Of a stretch of 64,000 nt of DNA, positions 10,502 to 22,449 are shown one piece after another. The position numbers and the translations under genes were made by a program. This stretch comes from Sulfolobaceae archaeon (GTDB lineage Archaea; Thermoproteota; Thermoprotei_A; Sulfolobales; Sulfolobaceae), in contig JAWARQ010000001.1 of NCBI GenBank assembly GCA_038893355.1, forward strand, positions 272,556 to 336,555, read 5' to 3'. The first letter of the stretch is position 1, and each line of letters starts with the position of its first letter. The notes beneath the pieces are model-generated. The model was not told where the DNA came from and did no database searches. It worked only from the letters and a program-made list of their open reading frames with translations.

Positions 10502-11612
10502 GAGAGGTTATAAGGCCAGATTATATCTTGAAGATGGAACAATAATTGAAGGATGTGGATTTGGTGCAAGGACTAAGAGATTTGGTGAACTGGTCTTCAC
10601 AACTGCAATGAATGGATATCCCGAAAGTATGACTGACCCATCTTATAAGGGTCAAATTCTGATAATCACTCATCCATTAGTAGGAAATTATGGCGTTCCT
10701 AAACCACAATACGAAGAAGGGATTTTAAGGAACTTTGAATCAGAAAAGATTCAGATTGAAGGTCTAGTAGTAAGTGAAGAAACAGATCCTAGTAAATGGA
10801 ATTCTGTAATGAGTTTACATGAATGGATGAGTAGTGAAGGAGTACCTGGAATATCTAATGTAGATACGAGAATGTTAGTGAAGAAAGTAAGAAATTATGG
10901 TGTAATGAGTGGTGTGATTGTAACTTCTGAAGATCTAGAACTAGATTATGAACTATTTAAGTCAAAGTATGATGAAATTGATTTTATAAGTAAAGTCTCG
11001 CCTAAGGAACCAATAATTCATAGAGGATTATCAGAAGAGACAATAGTCGTTGTAGACTGTGGAATTAAACATGGAATATTATATGAATTACATAAACTAG
11101 GTTTTACGATTGTAAGAGTTCCATGTAGGTCAATTGCTAATGAGATAATTAAATACAATCCAGTTGGTATAGTGTATAGCAATGGTCCAGGGAATCCGTT
11201 ATTATTAAGAGACGTAATTAACGTCTTTAAGGAAATTTCAGAGTATAAGATTCCTATATTAGGAATATGCTTAGGTCATCAGATTGCAGCAATTGCATTT
11301 GGTGGTAAGGTTAGAAAGATGAAGTTTGGACATAGGGCAATAAATAAGCCGGTAGTAGATTTGAATACAAATAGGTGTTACATTTCTACTCATAATCACG
11401 GTTATGCAATGTTATCTAAATCGGATATACCTATGAATACGAAAGTATGGTTCGTGAATCCAGATGACGAAACAATTGAAGGACTTATTTACGAGAAATA
11501 CCCAATCATTACCGTTCAATTCCATCCAGAGGCAAGACCCGGACCATGGGATACGACTTGGATATTTAGAAAATTTGAATTAATGGTGAGAAAGTATGAA
11601 GGAAAGTATTAA
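10482..11612 (+). CDS. carA: Carbamoyl-phosphate synthase small subunit
   Basis: GELVFTT, SNGPGNP, GICLGHQ and QFHPEA motifs. Confidence 0.97.
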   Translation: MKMSLCKRGYKARLYLEDGTIIEGCGFGARTKRFGELVFTTAMNGYPESMTDPSYKGQILIITHPLVGNYGVPKPQYEEGILRNFESEKIQIEGLVVSEETDPSKWNSVMSLHEWMSSEGVPGISNVDTRMLVKKVRNYGVMSGVIVTSEDLELDYELFKSKYDEIDFISKVSPKEPIIHRGLSEETIVVVDCGIKHGILYELHKLGFTIVRVPCRSIANEIIKYNPVGIVYSNGPGNPLLLRDVINVFKEISEYKIPILGICLGHQIAAIAFGGKVRKMKFGHRAINKPVVDLNTNRCYISTHNHGYAMLSKSDIPMNTKVWFVNPDDETIEGLIYEKYPIITVQFHPEARPGPWDTTWIFRKFELMVRKYEGKY

Positions 11613-14600
11613 AAAAGTATTAGTAATAGGCTCAGGGGCTATAAAGATAGCAGAAGCAGCAGAATTTGACTATAGTGGTTCTCAAGCACTTAAGGCCTTA
11701 AAAGAAGAAGGGATTACTACAATATTAGTAAACTCTAATGTAGCTACAGTACAAACTAGTTATAAATTTGCAGATAAGGTATACCTTTTACCAGTTACTT
11801 GGTGGGCAGTGGAAAAAGTTATAGAAAGAGAAAGACCAGATGGTATATTAATCGGATTTGGAGGTCAAACTGCACTTAATGTTGGAGTAGATCTCGCAGA
11901 TAGGGGGATTTTAGATAGATATGGGGTAAAAGTGTTAGGAACACCTATCAGAGGTATAAAGAGGGCGTTAAGTAGGAAAGAGTTTCAAGAGACTATGAAA
12001 AGAGTTGGATTGCCAGTACCGCCTGGCGCCTCTGCAAAATCTGAAGATGAAGCATTAAATATTGCAAAAAAAGTGGGCTATCCGGTAATGGTAAGAGTGA
12101 GTTTTAACCTAGGCGGCGGTGGTTCCTTTGTTGCATGGAATGAAAGTGATATGGCACAGAGACTTAAGAGAGCATTTTCGCAGAGTTATATAGGAGAAAT
12201 TTTAGTCGAGAAGTATCTATATCATTGGAAAGAATTAGAGTATGAAGTTATGAGAGATTACAAAGGGAATTCTGCGGTTATTGCATGTATTGAGAATTTA
12301 GATCCAATGGGTATACATACTGGTGAGTCTACGGTAATTTCTCCATGCCAAACACTCGATAATTTAGAATTTCAGAACATGAGGACTGATTCTATTAAGG
12401 TTGCTGAGTCAATAGAATTAGTTGGAGAATGTAATGTTCAGTTCGCATTAGATCCAAATAGTTATACATATTATGTGATAGAAACTAATCCTAGAATGTC
12501 TAGATCAAGTGCATTAGCAAGTAAAGTTACTGGTTATCCATTAGCCTACGTTTCTGCAAAGCTGGCATTAGGTTATACTCTTCAAGAGATTCTAAATAAA
12601 GTGTCTGGAGTAACTTGTGCATGCTTTGAGCCTAGCTTAGATTATGTTGTAATAAAGATACCAAGATGGGATTTACAAAAGTTCGAGGATGTAGATCAAA
12701 GTATTTCTAGTGAAATGATGAGTGTAGGAGAAGTTATGAGTATAGCCAGGTCATTTGAAGAAGCGTTACAAAAAGCAATAAGAATGTTAGATATTGGTGA
12801 AATAGGATTAGTAGGAGGAAAAATTTATGAGTCTAGGATGAGTAAGGAAGAGGCACTAAACGCATTAAGAAATGCAAGACCGTATTGGTTTTTATATGCA
12901 GCTAAAGCTTTTAAAGAAGGTGCTACGATAGAGGAAGTTTATGAGGCTTATGGTGTAGATCCATTCTTCCTGAAAAAGATAAAAGAAGTTGTAGATTTCT
13001 ATGAATCATTAAAGTTAAATAAGAATTTAAATAGGGATATACTCTATAAAGCTAAGAAGCTCGGATTTAGTGATCTTCAGATAGCTAAAGCTGTTGGAAT
13101 TAGTGAAGAGGAAGTCAGAAATCTAAGATTAAAATACTCAATAGAACCGGTAATTAAAAGGATAGACACGCTAGCTGGTGAGTGGCCATCAGTTACTAAT
13201 TATTTATACTTAACTTATAATGGTTCAGAGGACGATATAGAACGTGAACAGTCTGATAATAAACTCCTAGTAGTAGGTGCAGGAGGGTTTAGAATAGGCG
13301 TCTCTGTAGAATTCGATTGGAGTGTTGTTGCACTTTATGATGCTGCAACAAATTATTTTGATAATGTTGCTGTGTTGAACTATAACCCAGAGACAGTAAG
13401 TACTGATTGGGACGTTTCTCGTAATTTATTCTTTGATGAGATAAGTGTTGAAAGAATATTAGACATTGCAAGGAAAGTTGGATATAATAAAGTTGCGCTT
13501 TTCGGAGGAGGGCAAATAGGTAATAATATAGCTAAAAAGTTAGAGGAGAATGGAATTTTGATCTTTGGAACTTCGGGTAAGGCTGTGGATACTGCTGAGG
13601 ATAGGGAGAAGTTTTCTAGACTCTTAGATAAGTTAGGTATAAAGCAACCGGAGTGGATTTCAGCTAAATCTAAAGAGGAGATTAGAAGATTTGTGGATCA
13701 AATCGGATTTCCAGTCATAATTAGACCTAGCTATGTTTTAGGAGGGAGTGCGATGTTTATAGCATGGAATGAAGAGGAATTATGGGGCTATTTATCTAAG
13801 GCTACAGAGGTTTCGAGGGAACATCCAGTAGTAATATCAAAGTATCTCGATAATGCTATAGAAGCAGAAATTGATGCAGCTTCTGATGGTAAAAGTGTTG
13901 TTGGCGTTGTAATTGAGCATGTTGAAGAAGCTGGAGTTCATAGCGGTGATGCTACGATGTCAATTCCAACTAGGTTACTTGAAAGAGACGTCGTTAAGAA
14001 AATGAAGGAATATGTATTAAGAATTGCAAGAGAATTAAATATTAAGGGACCGTTTAATACGCAGTTTGTAGTAAAGAATGGAATTCCGTATATAATAGAA
14101 TTAAACTTAAGGGCTAGCAGATCAATGCCATTCTCTAGCAAGGCTAAAGGAATTAATATAATAAAAGTAGCTGTTGATGCTATTGTTAAGGGATTGAAGC
14201 TAGAAGAGGAGTTTTACGAACCGGAAAGTAAGAGTTGGGCTGTAAAATCTCCTCAATTTTCTTGGGCAAGATTAAGAAGAGCATATCCTTTCTTAGGCCC
14301 TGAGATGAGAAGTACAGGTGAGGTTGCTGCATTTGGTTTTAGTTTCTATGACGCATTATTAAAGAGTTGGTTATCAGTCCAGCCTAATCGCTTACCCGAA
14401 AAAGGTAGTATTGCGCTAGTTTATGGTAAATCTAATGTTAGTTATTTGAGGGAAAGTGCTATGAATTTAGCAGAATATGGAGTAGATGTGTACTCTTTAG
14501 AAGAGATTCCGTTAGACTCTTATCCTACTTTGTCCGTTAAAGAGGCTTTAAATTACATTCTCTCTAAAAAAGTTAGTATAATAATAACTGATGGATATCT

Positions 14601-14751
14601 CAAGCAAATTGACTATCTTATAAGAAGGAGTGCAGTAGATATGAACATTCCATTAATATTAAATGGCAGGTTAGGAAAAGAAGTTACCAAATCTTTCCTA
14701 ATACAAGATATTTCCTTCCTAGAAATGAGAGAGTATGGCGGGGGAATATGA
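11596..14751 (+). CDS. carB: Carbamoyl-phosphate synthase large subunit
   Basis: [30 protein letters not shown] and HSGDAT motifs; duplicated ATP-grasp domains. Confidence 0.97.
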   Translation: MKESIKKVLVIGSGAIKIAEAAEFDYSGSQALKALKEEGITTILVNSNVATVQTSYKFADKVYLLPVTWWAVEKVIERERPDGILIGFGGQTALNVGVDLADRGILDRYGVKVLGTPIRGIKRALSRKEFQETMKRVGLPVPPGASAKSEDEALNIAKKVGYPVMVRVSFNLGGGGSFVAWNESDMAQRLKRAFSQSYIGEILVEKYLYHWKELEYEVMRDYKGNSAVIACIENLDPMGIHTGESTVISPCQTLDNLEFQNMRTDSIKVAESIELVGECNVQFALDPNSYTYYVIETNPRMSRSSALASKVTGYPLAYVSAKLALGYTLQEILNKVSGVTCACFEPSLDYVVIKIPRWDLQKFEDVDQSISSEMMSVGEVMSIARSFEEALQKAIRMLDIGEIGLVGGKIYESRMSKEEALNALRNARPYWFLYAAKAFKEGATIEEVYEAYGVDPFFLKKIKEVVDFYESLKLNKNLNRDILYKAKKLGFSDLQIAKAVGISEEEVRNLRLKYSIEPVIKRIDTLAGEWPSVTNYLYLTYNGSEDDIEREQSDNKLLVVGAGGFRIGVSVEFDWSVVALYDAATNYFDNVAVLNYNPETVSTDWDVSRNLFFDEISVERILDIARKVGYNKVALFGGGQIGNNIAKKLEENGILIFGTSGKAVDTAEDREKFSRLLDKLGIKQPEWISAKSKEEIRRFVDQIGFPVIIRPSYVLGGSAMFIAWNEEELWGYLSKATEVSREHPVVISKYLDNAIEAEIDAASDGKSVVGVVIEHVEEAGVHSGDATMSIPTRLLERDVVKKMKEYVLRIARELNIKGPFNTQFVVKNGIPYIIELNLRASRSMPFSSKAKGINIIKVAVDAIVKGLKLEEEFYEPESKSWAVKSPQFSWARLRRAYPFLGPEMRSTGEVAAFGFSFYDALLKSWLSVQPNRLPEKGSIALVYGKSNVSYLRESAMNLAEYGVDVYSLEEIPLDSYPTLSVKEALNYILSKKVSIIITDGYLKQIDYLIRRSAVDMNIPLILNGRLGKEVTKSFLIQDISFLEMREYGGGI

Positions 14752-15596
14752 AGGTAGCTATTGTTTTAGATATTGTTAGGCAGGAGGAAAAGCTAATAAT
14801 AAAGGCGTTAGAAAGTCAAAAAATTCCTTATGAGATAATAAATGTAAATCAAGAACCATTACCTTTTAATAGGACTCTTGCTAGATTTAATGTTGCAATT
14901 ATAAGACCAATCAGTATGTATAAGGCATTATATAGTGCGGCGGTTTTTGAAAGCGTTGATGTTCATGCTATAAATTCTATGCAGACAATTTCTATATGCG
15001 GTGATAAAATTTTAACGTATTCAAAATTATACAAAAACGGAATACCAATCCCCGACTCCATAATTGCAATGTCTCCAGATGCAGTGCTAAAGGCTTATGA
15101 ACAAAAAGGTTTTCCACTAATAGATAAACCACCAATTGGAAGTTGGGGTAGAATGGTGTCTTTAGTTAGAGATATTTTTGAGGGTAAGATGATCATAGAG
15201 CATAGGGAGATGCTTAATAATGCAGCATTAAAGACTCACATTATTCAAGAGTACGTGAACAATAGGAATAGGGATATAAGATGTCTAGTGCTTGGAAAAG
15301 AAGTGTTAGGATGTTATGCAAGGGTAATTAATAAAGAAGAATGGAGGGCTAATGTAGCTTTAGGCGGTATACCTACACCAATACAACAAGATGAAATCTT
15401 ACATAAAATTGCATTAAAAGCAGCAGAGATAGTAGGAGGAGAATTTGTTTCTATTGATATCTTAGAGCATTCTACTAAAGGTTATGTAGTTAATGAAGTT
15501 AATGACGTTCCTGAATTTAAGGGATTTATTAGTGCTACTAAGATAGATGTTGCAGAGAGGCTTGTAGATTATATTAGAGAGAATTATGCAAAGTAA
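14748..15596 (+). CDS. argX: Glutamate--LysW ligase (RimK/LysX family)
   Basis: [18 protein letters not shown] and NEVNDVPEF motifs; last gene of the arg operon. Confidence 0.85.
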   Translation: MKVAIVLDIVRQEEKLIIKALESQKIPYEIINVNQEPLPFNRTLARFNVAIIRPISMYKALYSAAVFESVDVHAINSMQTISICGDKILTYSKLYKNGIPIPDSIIAMSPDAVLKAYEQKGFPLIDKPPIGSWGRMVSLVRDIFEGKMIIEHREMLNNAALKTHIIQEYVNNRNRDIRCLVLGKEVLGCYARVINKEEWRANVALGGIPTPIQQDEILHKIALKAAEIVGGEFVSIDILEHSTKGYVVNEVNDVPEFKGFISATKIDVAERLVDYIRENYAK

Positions 15597-16227
15597 TTTT
15601 TGCTAAATATATATCATGATTTGTCTCCTCAATAATTCTCCTTAACGTATCTATTTTCTGCCTTAAATTTGGAACTAATGATTTTGGATATTCTAATTTC
15701 CATAGTTCTTCATAGATCTCTTCCATAATATTATAAACCCTCTCTGCTTCATTCAATTTATTTAATTTTAATAACTCTAAAACTCTTCTCCTTAATTCTC
15801 CTATACCATCTGCTATTCCTAGAATATACCATATCTCAGGAATCTCTAGCTCTTCTGGTAAATTTATATCTTCTCCAAATATTACCTGCATTACAAATAG
15901 AGCTTCACTTACTTCCTGATACGCCGTTCCTATATCACCGTATAATAACTCTGGGTATTTCTTTATTATCTCATTTATTTGTGTTAATTTTTGTATTGCA
16001 ATTTTTAATTTTTCTTTAGCCTCTTCTCTCTTTAATCTATGAGTTAATGAAATCGCTTCACCACAATATCTTATAACTTCTCTTGATAGCTGAAGAAGTC
16101 TTTCTCTACTTTCAAATCTCTCATTTAGTTTAGGAGTTATTTCATAAAGGTATTTCCTTATTTTCTCCACTAGCATATATCTTTTCATTAATGACTGATG
16201 TAATTTATTTCTTATTACTACTTTCAT
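15574..16227 (-). CDS. Translin/Trax (C3PO-like) family protein
   Basis: YQEVSEA and [14 protein letters not shown] motifs; helical composition. The true start may be the ATG at 16176. Confidence 0.8.
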   Translation of the reverse strand: MKVVIRNKLHQSLMKRYMLVEKIRKYLYEITPKLNERFESRERLLQLSREVIRYCGEAISLTHRLKREEAKEKLKIAIQKLTQINEIIKKYPELLYGDIGTAYQEVSEALFVMQVIFGEDINLPEELEIPEIWYILGIADGIGELRRRVLELLKLNKLNEAERVYNIMEEIYEELWKLEYPKSLVPNLRQKIDTLRRIIEETNHDIYLAKITLHNSL

Positions 16228-16652
16228 TAGATATTATACAAGGTAGTAATCAACCCGAAGTACATTAAAACACCATAGATTACTAAACTTAAGCTTTGGA
16301 TTAGGAAGGTTTCAATTTTATTAAATCCCAGTAAAATTAAAGTTAAAGTTGTTGCATACACTCCAATAATCGGAGTTAATATTATAAATGCAATTTTTCC
16401 TAATTTTTTAATATAATTTTCATAAGATCTTGAGCGTCTGGCTAGCCAATTAAAGAATTTTGGAAACTTTTCCTTTATCTTTTCACTAAATATTATCAGA
16501 ATAGGGATAGGTGTAAGGTTAGATAGTATACATATAAAGAGAGAAACTAATGGGTCTAGTCCTAGAGCTAGTGCAGTAGGATATGCAATTAAAAATTCTC
16601 CTATAGGAGACGCTGAAAGTAAGATTATTCCTATTATCTTTAAGATATCCAC
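16227..16652 (-). CDS. Small multidrug-export-like membrane protein (COG2426-like)
   Basis: SASPIGE...AYP...NLTPIP pattern; about 4 hydrophobic segments. Confidence 0.65.
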   Translation of the reverse strand: MDILKIIGIILLSASPIGEFLIAYPTALALGLDPLVSLFICILSNLTPIPILIIFSEKIKEKFPKFFNWLARRSRSYENYIKKLGKIAFIILTPIIGVYATTLTLILLGFNKIETFLIQSLSLVIYGVLMYFGLITTLYNI

Positions 16653-16784
16653 ACAATAAATAATTCCTTCTCATATAAAAAGCTCATGTGAAATACTTTA
16701 AATTTTATATATAAATTATAGTAGTCTATCAATTAAATAAATACGAATGGAAACACTTATTATATACTACTTAAACAATTTCTT

Positions 16785-17738
16785 ATGCGAAATATAAGAA
16801 CTGTTACAGTTGTTGGAGCTGGTGTAATAGGTTCAGGTTGGGCTACGTTATTATCTACTAAGGGATATAATGTAATATTTTATACAGAAAAATTCGAAAC
16901 TTTAAATAAAGGAATTAATAGAATAAAAGATTATCTTAATATTTTATATGAGAATAATTTAATACAAAATAATTCAGAATACTATTTGAAAAATATTTTC
17001 GCAACTACGAATTTAAATGAAGCAGCGAAGGATACTGACTTTGTTATAGAGGCGATTATAGAAGATTATGATGCTAAAAAAGAAATATTCAGAAAGTTAG
17101 ATTCCATGCTAGATAAAGATATTATAATAGCAAGTTCTACTTCAGGTTTACTAATTTCCGTAATTCAAAAGGCAATGAAAAGATACCCCGAGAGGGCTAT
17201 AATAGCTCATCCATGGAATCCACCCCATTTAATACCACTAGTGGAAATTGTTCCCGGAGAGATGACATCAGCAGAAACTATTAGTATTACTAGAGAATTT
17301 ATGGAAAAATTAGAAAGAGAGGTTGTAGTATTAAAGAGAGAGATTCCGGGATTTATAGGAAATAGATTAGCTTTTGCACTATTTAGGGAAGCATTGTACC
17401 TAGTTGATGAGGGTATTGTTACAGTTGAGGACATAGACAAGGTAGTTACTTCAGCATTAGGCTTAAGATGGGCATTTATGGGTCCTTTTCTAACATATCA
17501 TCTAGGTGGTGGGGAAGGAGGACTTGAATATTTCTTTACAAGAGGTTTTGGATATGGTGTAAATGAATGGTTGTATACTTTATCAGACTATAAAAAGTTC
17601 CCTTATACTGCAGTCACTAAGGCTATAAATCAAATGAGAGAATATAGTAAGATTAAGGGAAAATCTTTCCAAGAACTATCGAAATGGAGGGATGAAATGC
17701 TAATAAAGCTAATAAAGGTACTTAGAGGCAAGGATTAA
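16785..17738 (+). CDS. 3-hydroxyacyl-CoA dehydrogenase family protein
   Basis: GAGVIG Rossmann motif, [23 protein letters not shown] and MGPF. Confidence 0.9.
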   Translation: MRNIRTVTVVGAGVIGSGWATLLSTKGYNVIFYTEKFETLNKGINRIKDYLNILYENNLIQNNSEYYLKNIFATTNLNEAAKDTDFVIEAIIEDYDAKKEIFRKLDSMLDKDIIIASSTSGLLISVIQKAMKRYPERAIIAHPWNPPHLIPLVEIVPGEMTSAETISITREFMEKLEREVVVLKREIPGFIGNRLAFALFREALYLVDEGIVTVEDIDKVVTSALGLRWAFMGPFLTYHLGGGEGGLEYFFTRGFGYGVNEWLYTLSDYKKFPYTAVTKAINQMREYSKIKGKSFQELSKWRDEMLIKLIKVLRGKD

Positions 17739-17764
17739 ATATTTAAGCAAAATATTTTTATCCT

Positions 17765-18316
17765 ATGTATAGAACAATTTTAAAAAGTCTCGGGATAGTT
17801 TCTCTAATACTTGCATGGATAATAATTTTAACTAGTATATATCTCAATCCTTGGTTTATTTTTACAAAAAACGCATTTAGTGATCTTGGAAGTAAATATG
17901 CTAATTATTATTATCTTTATAATTTCGGACTAGTAATTGTTTCAATCCTTGGGTTTATTTATGCATGCTATCTTGCATACATCTCTAGAAATAAAATAGA
18001 GACAATAGGTTCAGCATTTGTAATGGTTGCTATGGTATTCTTAGCATTAATCGGAATATTCCCAGAAGGTACTTATCCACATCTTTTCGTTTCATTTTGG
18101 TTCTTCACACAATTTGCAATAGCAATATTGACATGGGGAATTGGAATTTTTATTGAGGGTGATGGAAAAATTGGTTCTATATTAATTCTTTTATTCATAA
18201 TTGGAGTTTTAGGTAGTATTATAATTCCTTGGCCTTCTGCTGCTACTATAGAAACTTGGGGCATTATAATTATCGACATATCTATAATATTATTATATAT
18301 TAAATTTAATAAATAA
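17765..18316 (+). CDS. DUF998-like membrane protein
   Basis: NAFSDLG, LIGIFPE and H motifs; about 6 TM segments. Confidence 0.7.
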   Translation: MYRTILKSLGIVSLILAWIIILTSIYLNPWFIFTKNAFSDLGSKYANYYYLYNFGLVIVSILGFIYACYLAYISRNKIETIGSAFVMVAMVFLALIGIFPEGTYPHLFVSFWFFTQFAIAILTWGIGIFIEGDGKIGSILILLFIIGVLGSIIIPWPSAATIETWGIIIIDISIILLYIKFNK

Positions 18317-18352
18317 AATTAATAGCTAATTATTAAAAAACTTGAAAAGTCC

Positions 18353-20110
18353 GTGATTATATTTTCATATAAAATGGCAGTGGTAATATCTATTGATAAT
18401 TCACTATTAACTACAATTTTACAGTTATTATTCTTTATCATGCCATTTCTTATGTTTATTCTTACATATCTTCTCTTTACTAGAAGGGTAAATATATTAA
18501 GTAGAAGGGAGGCTAGAAATAAGAGTTTTGTATTTCAGAATTATATAGATTGGAATGATATATACGATAGTAAGGAAATTAAGCAAAGATTAGAAGAGAT
18601 AGCTAGAGAAGTAGAAAAAGGTAAAGCTTATGGTGTAATATTATTCGGTCCTCCCGGGACTGGGAAAACAGTTATGGCCAAGGCTTTAGCTAGTAAATTA
18701 AAATGGTCCTATTTCGAGTTAAAACCTAGCAGAATCCTTAGTAAATGGTACGGTGAAAGTGAATTATTATTAGAAACTTTTCTAGACGAGGTCGAAAAAT
18801 CTGCACCTTCTATACTTCTGATAGATGAGTTTGATAGTTTTGCAATGAGTAGAGAAGGAGAAATACATGAGGTAACTCATAGATTAGTGAATATTCTGCT
18901 GAATAGATTACAAGAATTTCATGATAAGAAGGTAAAAGTACTTGTAATAGCAACAACTAACTTACCGCAAGAGATAGATGAGGCTTTTTTACGACCTGGA
19001 AGATTTGATGAAATTATCTATGTACCATTACCAGATAGGAATAGTAGGGAAGAGATTTGGAGGGGATATATAAAAAGGGATGATATAGATTATAAAAAGC
19101 TATCTGAAAGTAGTGAGAGATTTTCTCCAGCTGATATTAAGAATGTAGTAGAATATGTAAATTCTAGAGTAAAAAACCCTACAACACAGGATTTTTTAAA
19201 GGCTATAACAGAGTATAAGCCATCAGTATCTATTTCAACATTAATAAGGTTTGAAAATTTAGCGAGGAAATATTCAAGATATAAGATAGGTATTAAAATT
19301 TTTGGTATTCCAGAAGTTAAATGGGAAGATTTAGGTGATTTAGAAGAAATAAAAAGAATAATAAGAGAATCCGTAGAATTACCTTTACTAAATAAAGAAT
19401 TGGCTAAAATGCTAAATATAAAACCAGTTAAGGGTATTCTATTATATGGCCCTCCTGGAGTAGGTAAAACGAGTATAGCAAAGGCTATTGCAAATGAGTT
19501 AAGGGCAACGTTTATAGAAATTTCTGGCGAAGAATTATCAAGAGCTGGACCGATAAAGGCTGTTGAAATTATAGCAGAGAAATTTTATATTGCAATAGAT
19601 AACTCTCCATCAGTAATATTCATAGATGAAATAGACATGATAGCTAGGTTTAGGGAGATTAATGAGTGGAGAAATGTACTCACAGAGCTGCTTAGACAAA
19701 TGGATGGGCTTAGAGAAGTTGAAGATGTTATTGTTATAGGTTCTACTAATAGACCATGGGATATAGATCCTGCATTGTTAAGGGCTGGTAGGTTTGATAA
19801 GATAGTATATGTTCCACCACCTAATGAAGAGGCTCGAAAGAAAATCTTAAAAGTACTCTTAAAGGATCTACAAGTTGATGAAGAGACGATAGAGAAAGTT
19901 GCTAAGAGAACTGAAGGATTCGTTCCAGCAGACCTTAAGCTTTTAGTTGATGAAATTAAAAGAAATCTACTCAAAGAGGCTATAGAATCTGGTAAGATAA
20001 GAACTAGTATATCATACTCAGATTTTGAAGCCATTCTAGAGAAAATTAAACCGAGTGTAGATAAACAAATTTTAGAAGAATATATTAAATTTGGTATTCA
20101 AAGAAAATAA
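18353..20110 (+). CDS. Membrane-anchored tandem AAA+ ATPase (CDC48-like D1-D2)
   Basis: N-terminal hydrophobic helix; GPPGTGKT/IDEFD and GPPGVGKT/IDEID; RPGRFD and RAGRFD second regions of homology. Confidence 0.9.
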   Translation: MIIFSYKMAVVISIDNSLLTTILQLLFFIMPFLMFILTYLLFTRRVNILSRREARNKSFVFQNYIDWNDIYDSKEIKQRLEEIAREVEKGKAYGVILFGPPGTGKTVMAKALASKLKWSYFELKPSRILSKWYGESELLLETFLDEVEKSAPSILLIDEFDSFAMSREGEIHEVTHRLVNILLNRLQEFHDKKVKVLVIATTNLPQEIDEAFLRPGRFDEIIYVPLPDRNSREEIWRGYIKRDDIDYKKLSESSERFSPADIKNVVEYVNSRVKNPTTQDFLKAITEYKPSVSISTLIRFENLARKYSRYKIGIKIFGIPEVKWEDLGDLEEIKRIIRESVELPLLNKELAKMLNIKPVKGILLYGPPGVGKTSIAKAIANELRATFIEISGEELSRAGPIKAVEIIAEKFYIAIDNSPSVIFIDEIDMIARFREINEWRNVLTELLRQMDGLREVEDVIVIGSTNRPWDIDPALLRAGRFDKIVYVPPPNEEARKKILKVLLKDLQVDEETIEKVAKRTEGFVPADLKLLVDEIKRNLLKEAIESGKIRTSISYSDFEAILEKIKPSVDKQILEEYIKFGIQRK

Positions 20111-20115
20111 TTAAT

Positions 20116-21192
20116 TTATCTTTTTATTACACATGCTGCAGTTGGTGAAAGTAGTACTGGCGCAATTTGTTCAGATATCAGATAAACATCATATTCTTTT
20201 TCTTTCGACAAATATTCAACATTAGTATCTTTACTAACAATAATATTAAAGCCTTTTTTACTAATTACAAAAATCTCAGTTTCATCAATAATACTAGAGA
20301 CATAGATATTCCCAATTTGCTTAATTAACTCTAACTCATACACCCCTGATCTATCCACTATTCGAAATAATTTTGAATAATTAGCCGGTGAAACTAGTAT
20401 TTGAACCTCCTTAGAGAATCCTTCTCTAGCTAGAATTTCATATGCCTTTACTACATCTGCTACTATTGAACCTGGTTGATCCCAATTTCCTCCAGATATC
20501 TTACTGCCAATTTTTGCAGGAGAAAGAGGATGGGATTTTAATAGTACTTCCTCTTCTTGTTCAACAAACCTTCTGCCCGCTATCCATGTTATTCTCTTTA
20601 AATTCTCTTCGTTAGTACTTCCTAAATTTATTTTAAACGTGTGATAAATATACGGTATTTCATAAATTCCTTGTAATTTTCCTTGATAAGTTTCATCTTT
20701 TTCATTCTTTATCTCTGATATTGGTATAGAATAGTTATTATAAGAATAGATTAATTCACCTATATTTCTAACTATTCTATTACTACTAATACTCTCAAAT
20801 ATCCATTTTATTACTCTATTTTCCTCTTTTTGAACAACATTACTACTTTTTTCAGAAGATATTCCTTCTCTACTTTTTTCAATTTGTAATGGAAAATCCT
20901 TTGAAGATCCTAATAACTTAGAGGCCTCTTCCCATCCCTTCTTTATATAACTAAATTCTTCTGGAGCGACTTCATACAGTACTCTTAAGAATTCGCCAAA
21001 GTGTGCAATTTCCTCCTTTACTATATCCTCATGTACTGCTTTTAACTTAGGCTCATCTATTAGCTTATTCTGTTGTAGATAATAGTTAATTGCATCGATT
21101 TCTGCAGCTAATGCTGCGCGTAACGCTCTTAGTAATTCCTCTCTATCAAATTTCTCCTTTCTGGTAATCACTGAGGGATCTGTAGAGAACAT
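20116..21192 (-). CDS. Ferritin-like domain fused to an encapsulin (HK97-fold) shell protein
   Basis: N-terminal EIDAINYYLQQ and EEIAHFGEF (EncFtn-like); C-terminal WDQPGSIVADVVKA...LVSPANY...LLSPTAACV (linocin-like). Confidence 0.8.
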   Translation of the reverse strand: MFSTDPSVITRKEKFDREELLRALRAALAAEIDAINYYLQQNKLIDEPKLKAVHEDIVKEEIAHFGEFLRVLYEVAPEEFSYIKKGWEEASKLLGSSKDFPLQIEKSREGISSEKSSNVVQKEENRVIKWIFESISSNRIVRNIGELIYSYNNYSIPISEIKNEKDETYQGKLQGIYEIPYIYHTFKINLGSTNEENLKRITWIAGRRFVEQEEEVLLKSHPLSPAKIGSKISGGNWDQPGSIVADVVKAYEILAREGFSKEVQILVSPANYSKLFRIVDRSGVYELELIKQIGNIYVSSIIDETEIFVISKKGFNIIVSKDTNVEYLSKEKEYDVYLISEQIAPVLLSPTAACVIKR

Positions 21193-21228
21193 GTATTATA
21201 CTAATTTGATTCCTTTAAAAAACTTAGG

Positions 21229-22449
21229 TTAAGAAGAAAAAAGTATATCATTAAATGTCAGTATTTGTACATTTGAGGGTCTATTTGTTAAAGAACCAAT
21301 TCTAGCACCAATTAGCAACTTTATTCCCTTGAGTGCTGCAAGGTCTACTAGTCTTTGTGTGATTACTCCATCAAAGACTATATACGCTATGTTTGTATTA
21401 GTCTGTAGGTTTTCTAATTTATTCACTATATCCCTTACTTGTACTCTTTCTACTAAATTCCAATTAGAGTCAAGGAAAATTCCTTCTAAAGTCCCTGGTA
21501 ATTTCTTTACTTCCTCTAAGATTTGAGATGGAATATTTAATACAGTTTCCTTTACAATTTGCTCTTGTAATTGCTGTTGCTGTTGTTGCTGCTGAACCAC
21601 AACTAATTGTTGTTGTGCTTCTTGCAATCTCTTCAAGTACTGTGATAATGGTATCATATTTGATAATGCTTTAGCTATCTCTTTACTGGTTAATTCTTCT
21701 ACCTCTCTTCCAGTTGGTGCTCTAGCTACATAATCTATTTTTACATTGTGGCTGAGTAATTCTTTTAATATCAAATCTCCGCCATGATCTCCATCTAAGA
21801 ATGCAATTACAGTCTTTTTCCTTTTTGTTAATTCTACTAAAGAGTCCGGAATCTTACTTTGCGCGCCTTCTACTGCTATTACATTCTTATAACCATATCT
21901 TAATAGGTTTATTACGTCAGCCCTACCTTCTACTAAAACTAATGTTGGATCTGTTTCTACATCAGGACCTGCAGGTAATCTCTCTTTTCCATATTCTATT
22001 AACTCTCCAACTCTTATCGCAGAACTTATTTCATTAATAACCTCCTTAATATCAAAACTTCTCTCCCTACTCCAACTAGCAAGTATCTCTTTTGCTCTTT
22101 CAATTATACTCTTTATTTTCTCTGCTCTTACATCTTGGATTTCTATTAGCTGGAATTTAGCGCTATATGGTCCTACCTTTTCTACCTTTTCTACCATTGC
22201 TGCTATTAGTGCAGTTTCGACTCTATCAAGGTTTGAGGGTATGGTTATTTCTCCCTCTACTCTATTTCCCTTCTGCTTTAATTCTACCACAATCCTTCCT
22301 AATCTTCCCTTCTCTTGCAATTCTCTAAGATCAAACTCACTTCCAAATAGATTTTCAGTTTGTCCAAATATTGCCCCTATTACATCTGGCTTATCTACTA
22401 TACCTTCAACTTCAAACTTTAATCTTATGTTATATTTCAATTCCTTCAC
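21229..22449 (-). CDS. dnaG: Archaeal DnaG (bacterial-type primase homolog, exosome-associated)
   Basis: PDVIGAIFGQTE, TOPRIM VEGRADV and DGDHGG, FDGVITQRL. Confidence 0.96.
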   Translation of the reverse strand: MKELKYNIRLKFEVEGIVDKPDVIGAIFGQTENLFGSEFDLRELQEKGRLGRIVVELKQKGNRVEGEITIPSNLDRVETALIAAMVEKVEKVGPYSAKFQLIEIQDVRAEKIKSIIERAKEILASWSRERSFDIKEVINEISSAIRVGELIEYGKERLPAGPDVETDPTLVLVEGRADVINLLRYGYKNVIAVEGAQSKIPDSLVELTKRKKTVIAFLDGDHGGDLILKELLSHNVKIDYVARAPTGREVEELTSKEIAKALSNMIPLSQYLKRLQEAQQQLVVVQQQQQQQQLQEQIVKETVLNIPSQILEEVKKLPGTLEGIFLDSNWNLVERVQVRDIVNKLENLQTNTNIAYIVFDGVITQRLVDLAALKGIKLLIGARIGSLTNRPSNVQILTFNDILFSS

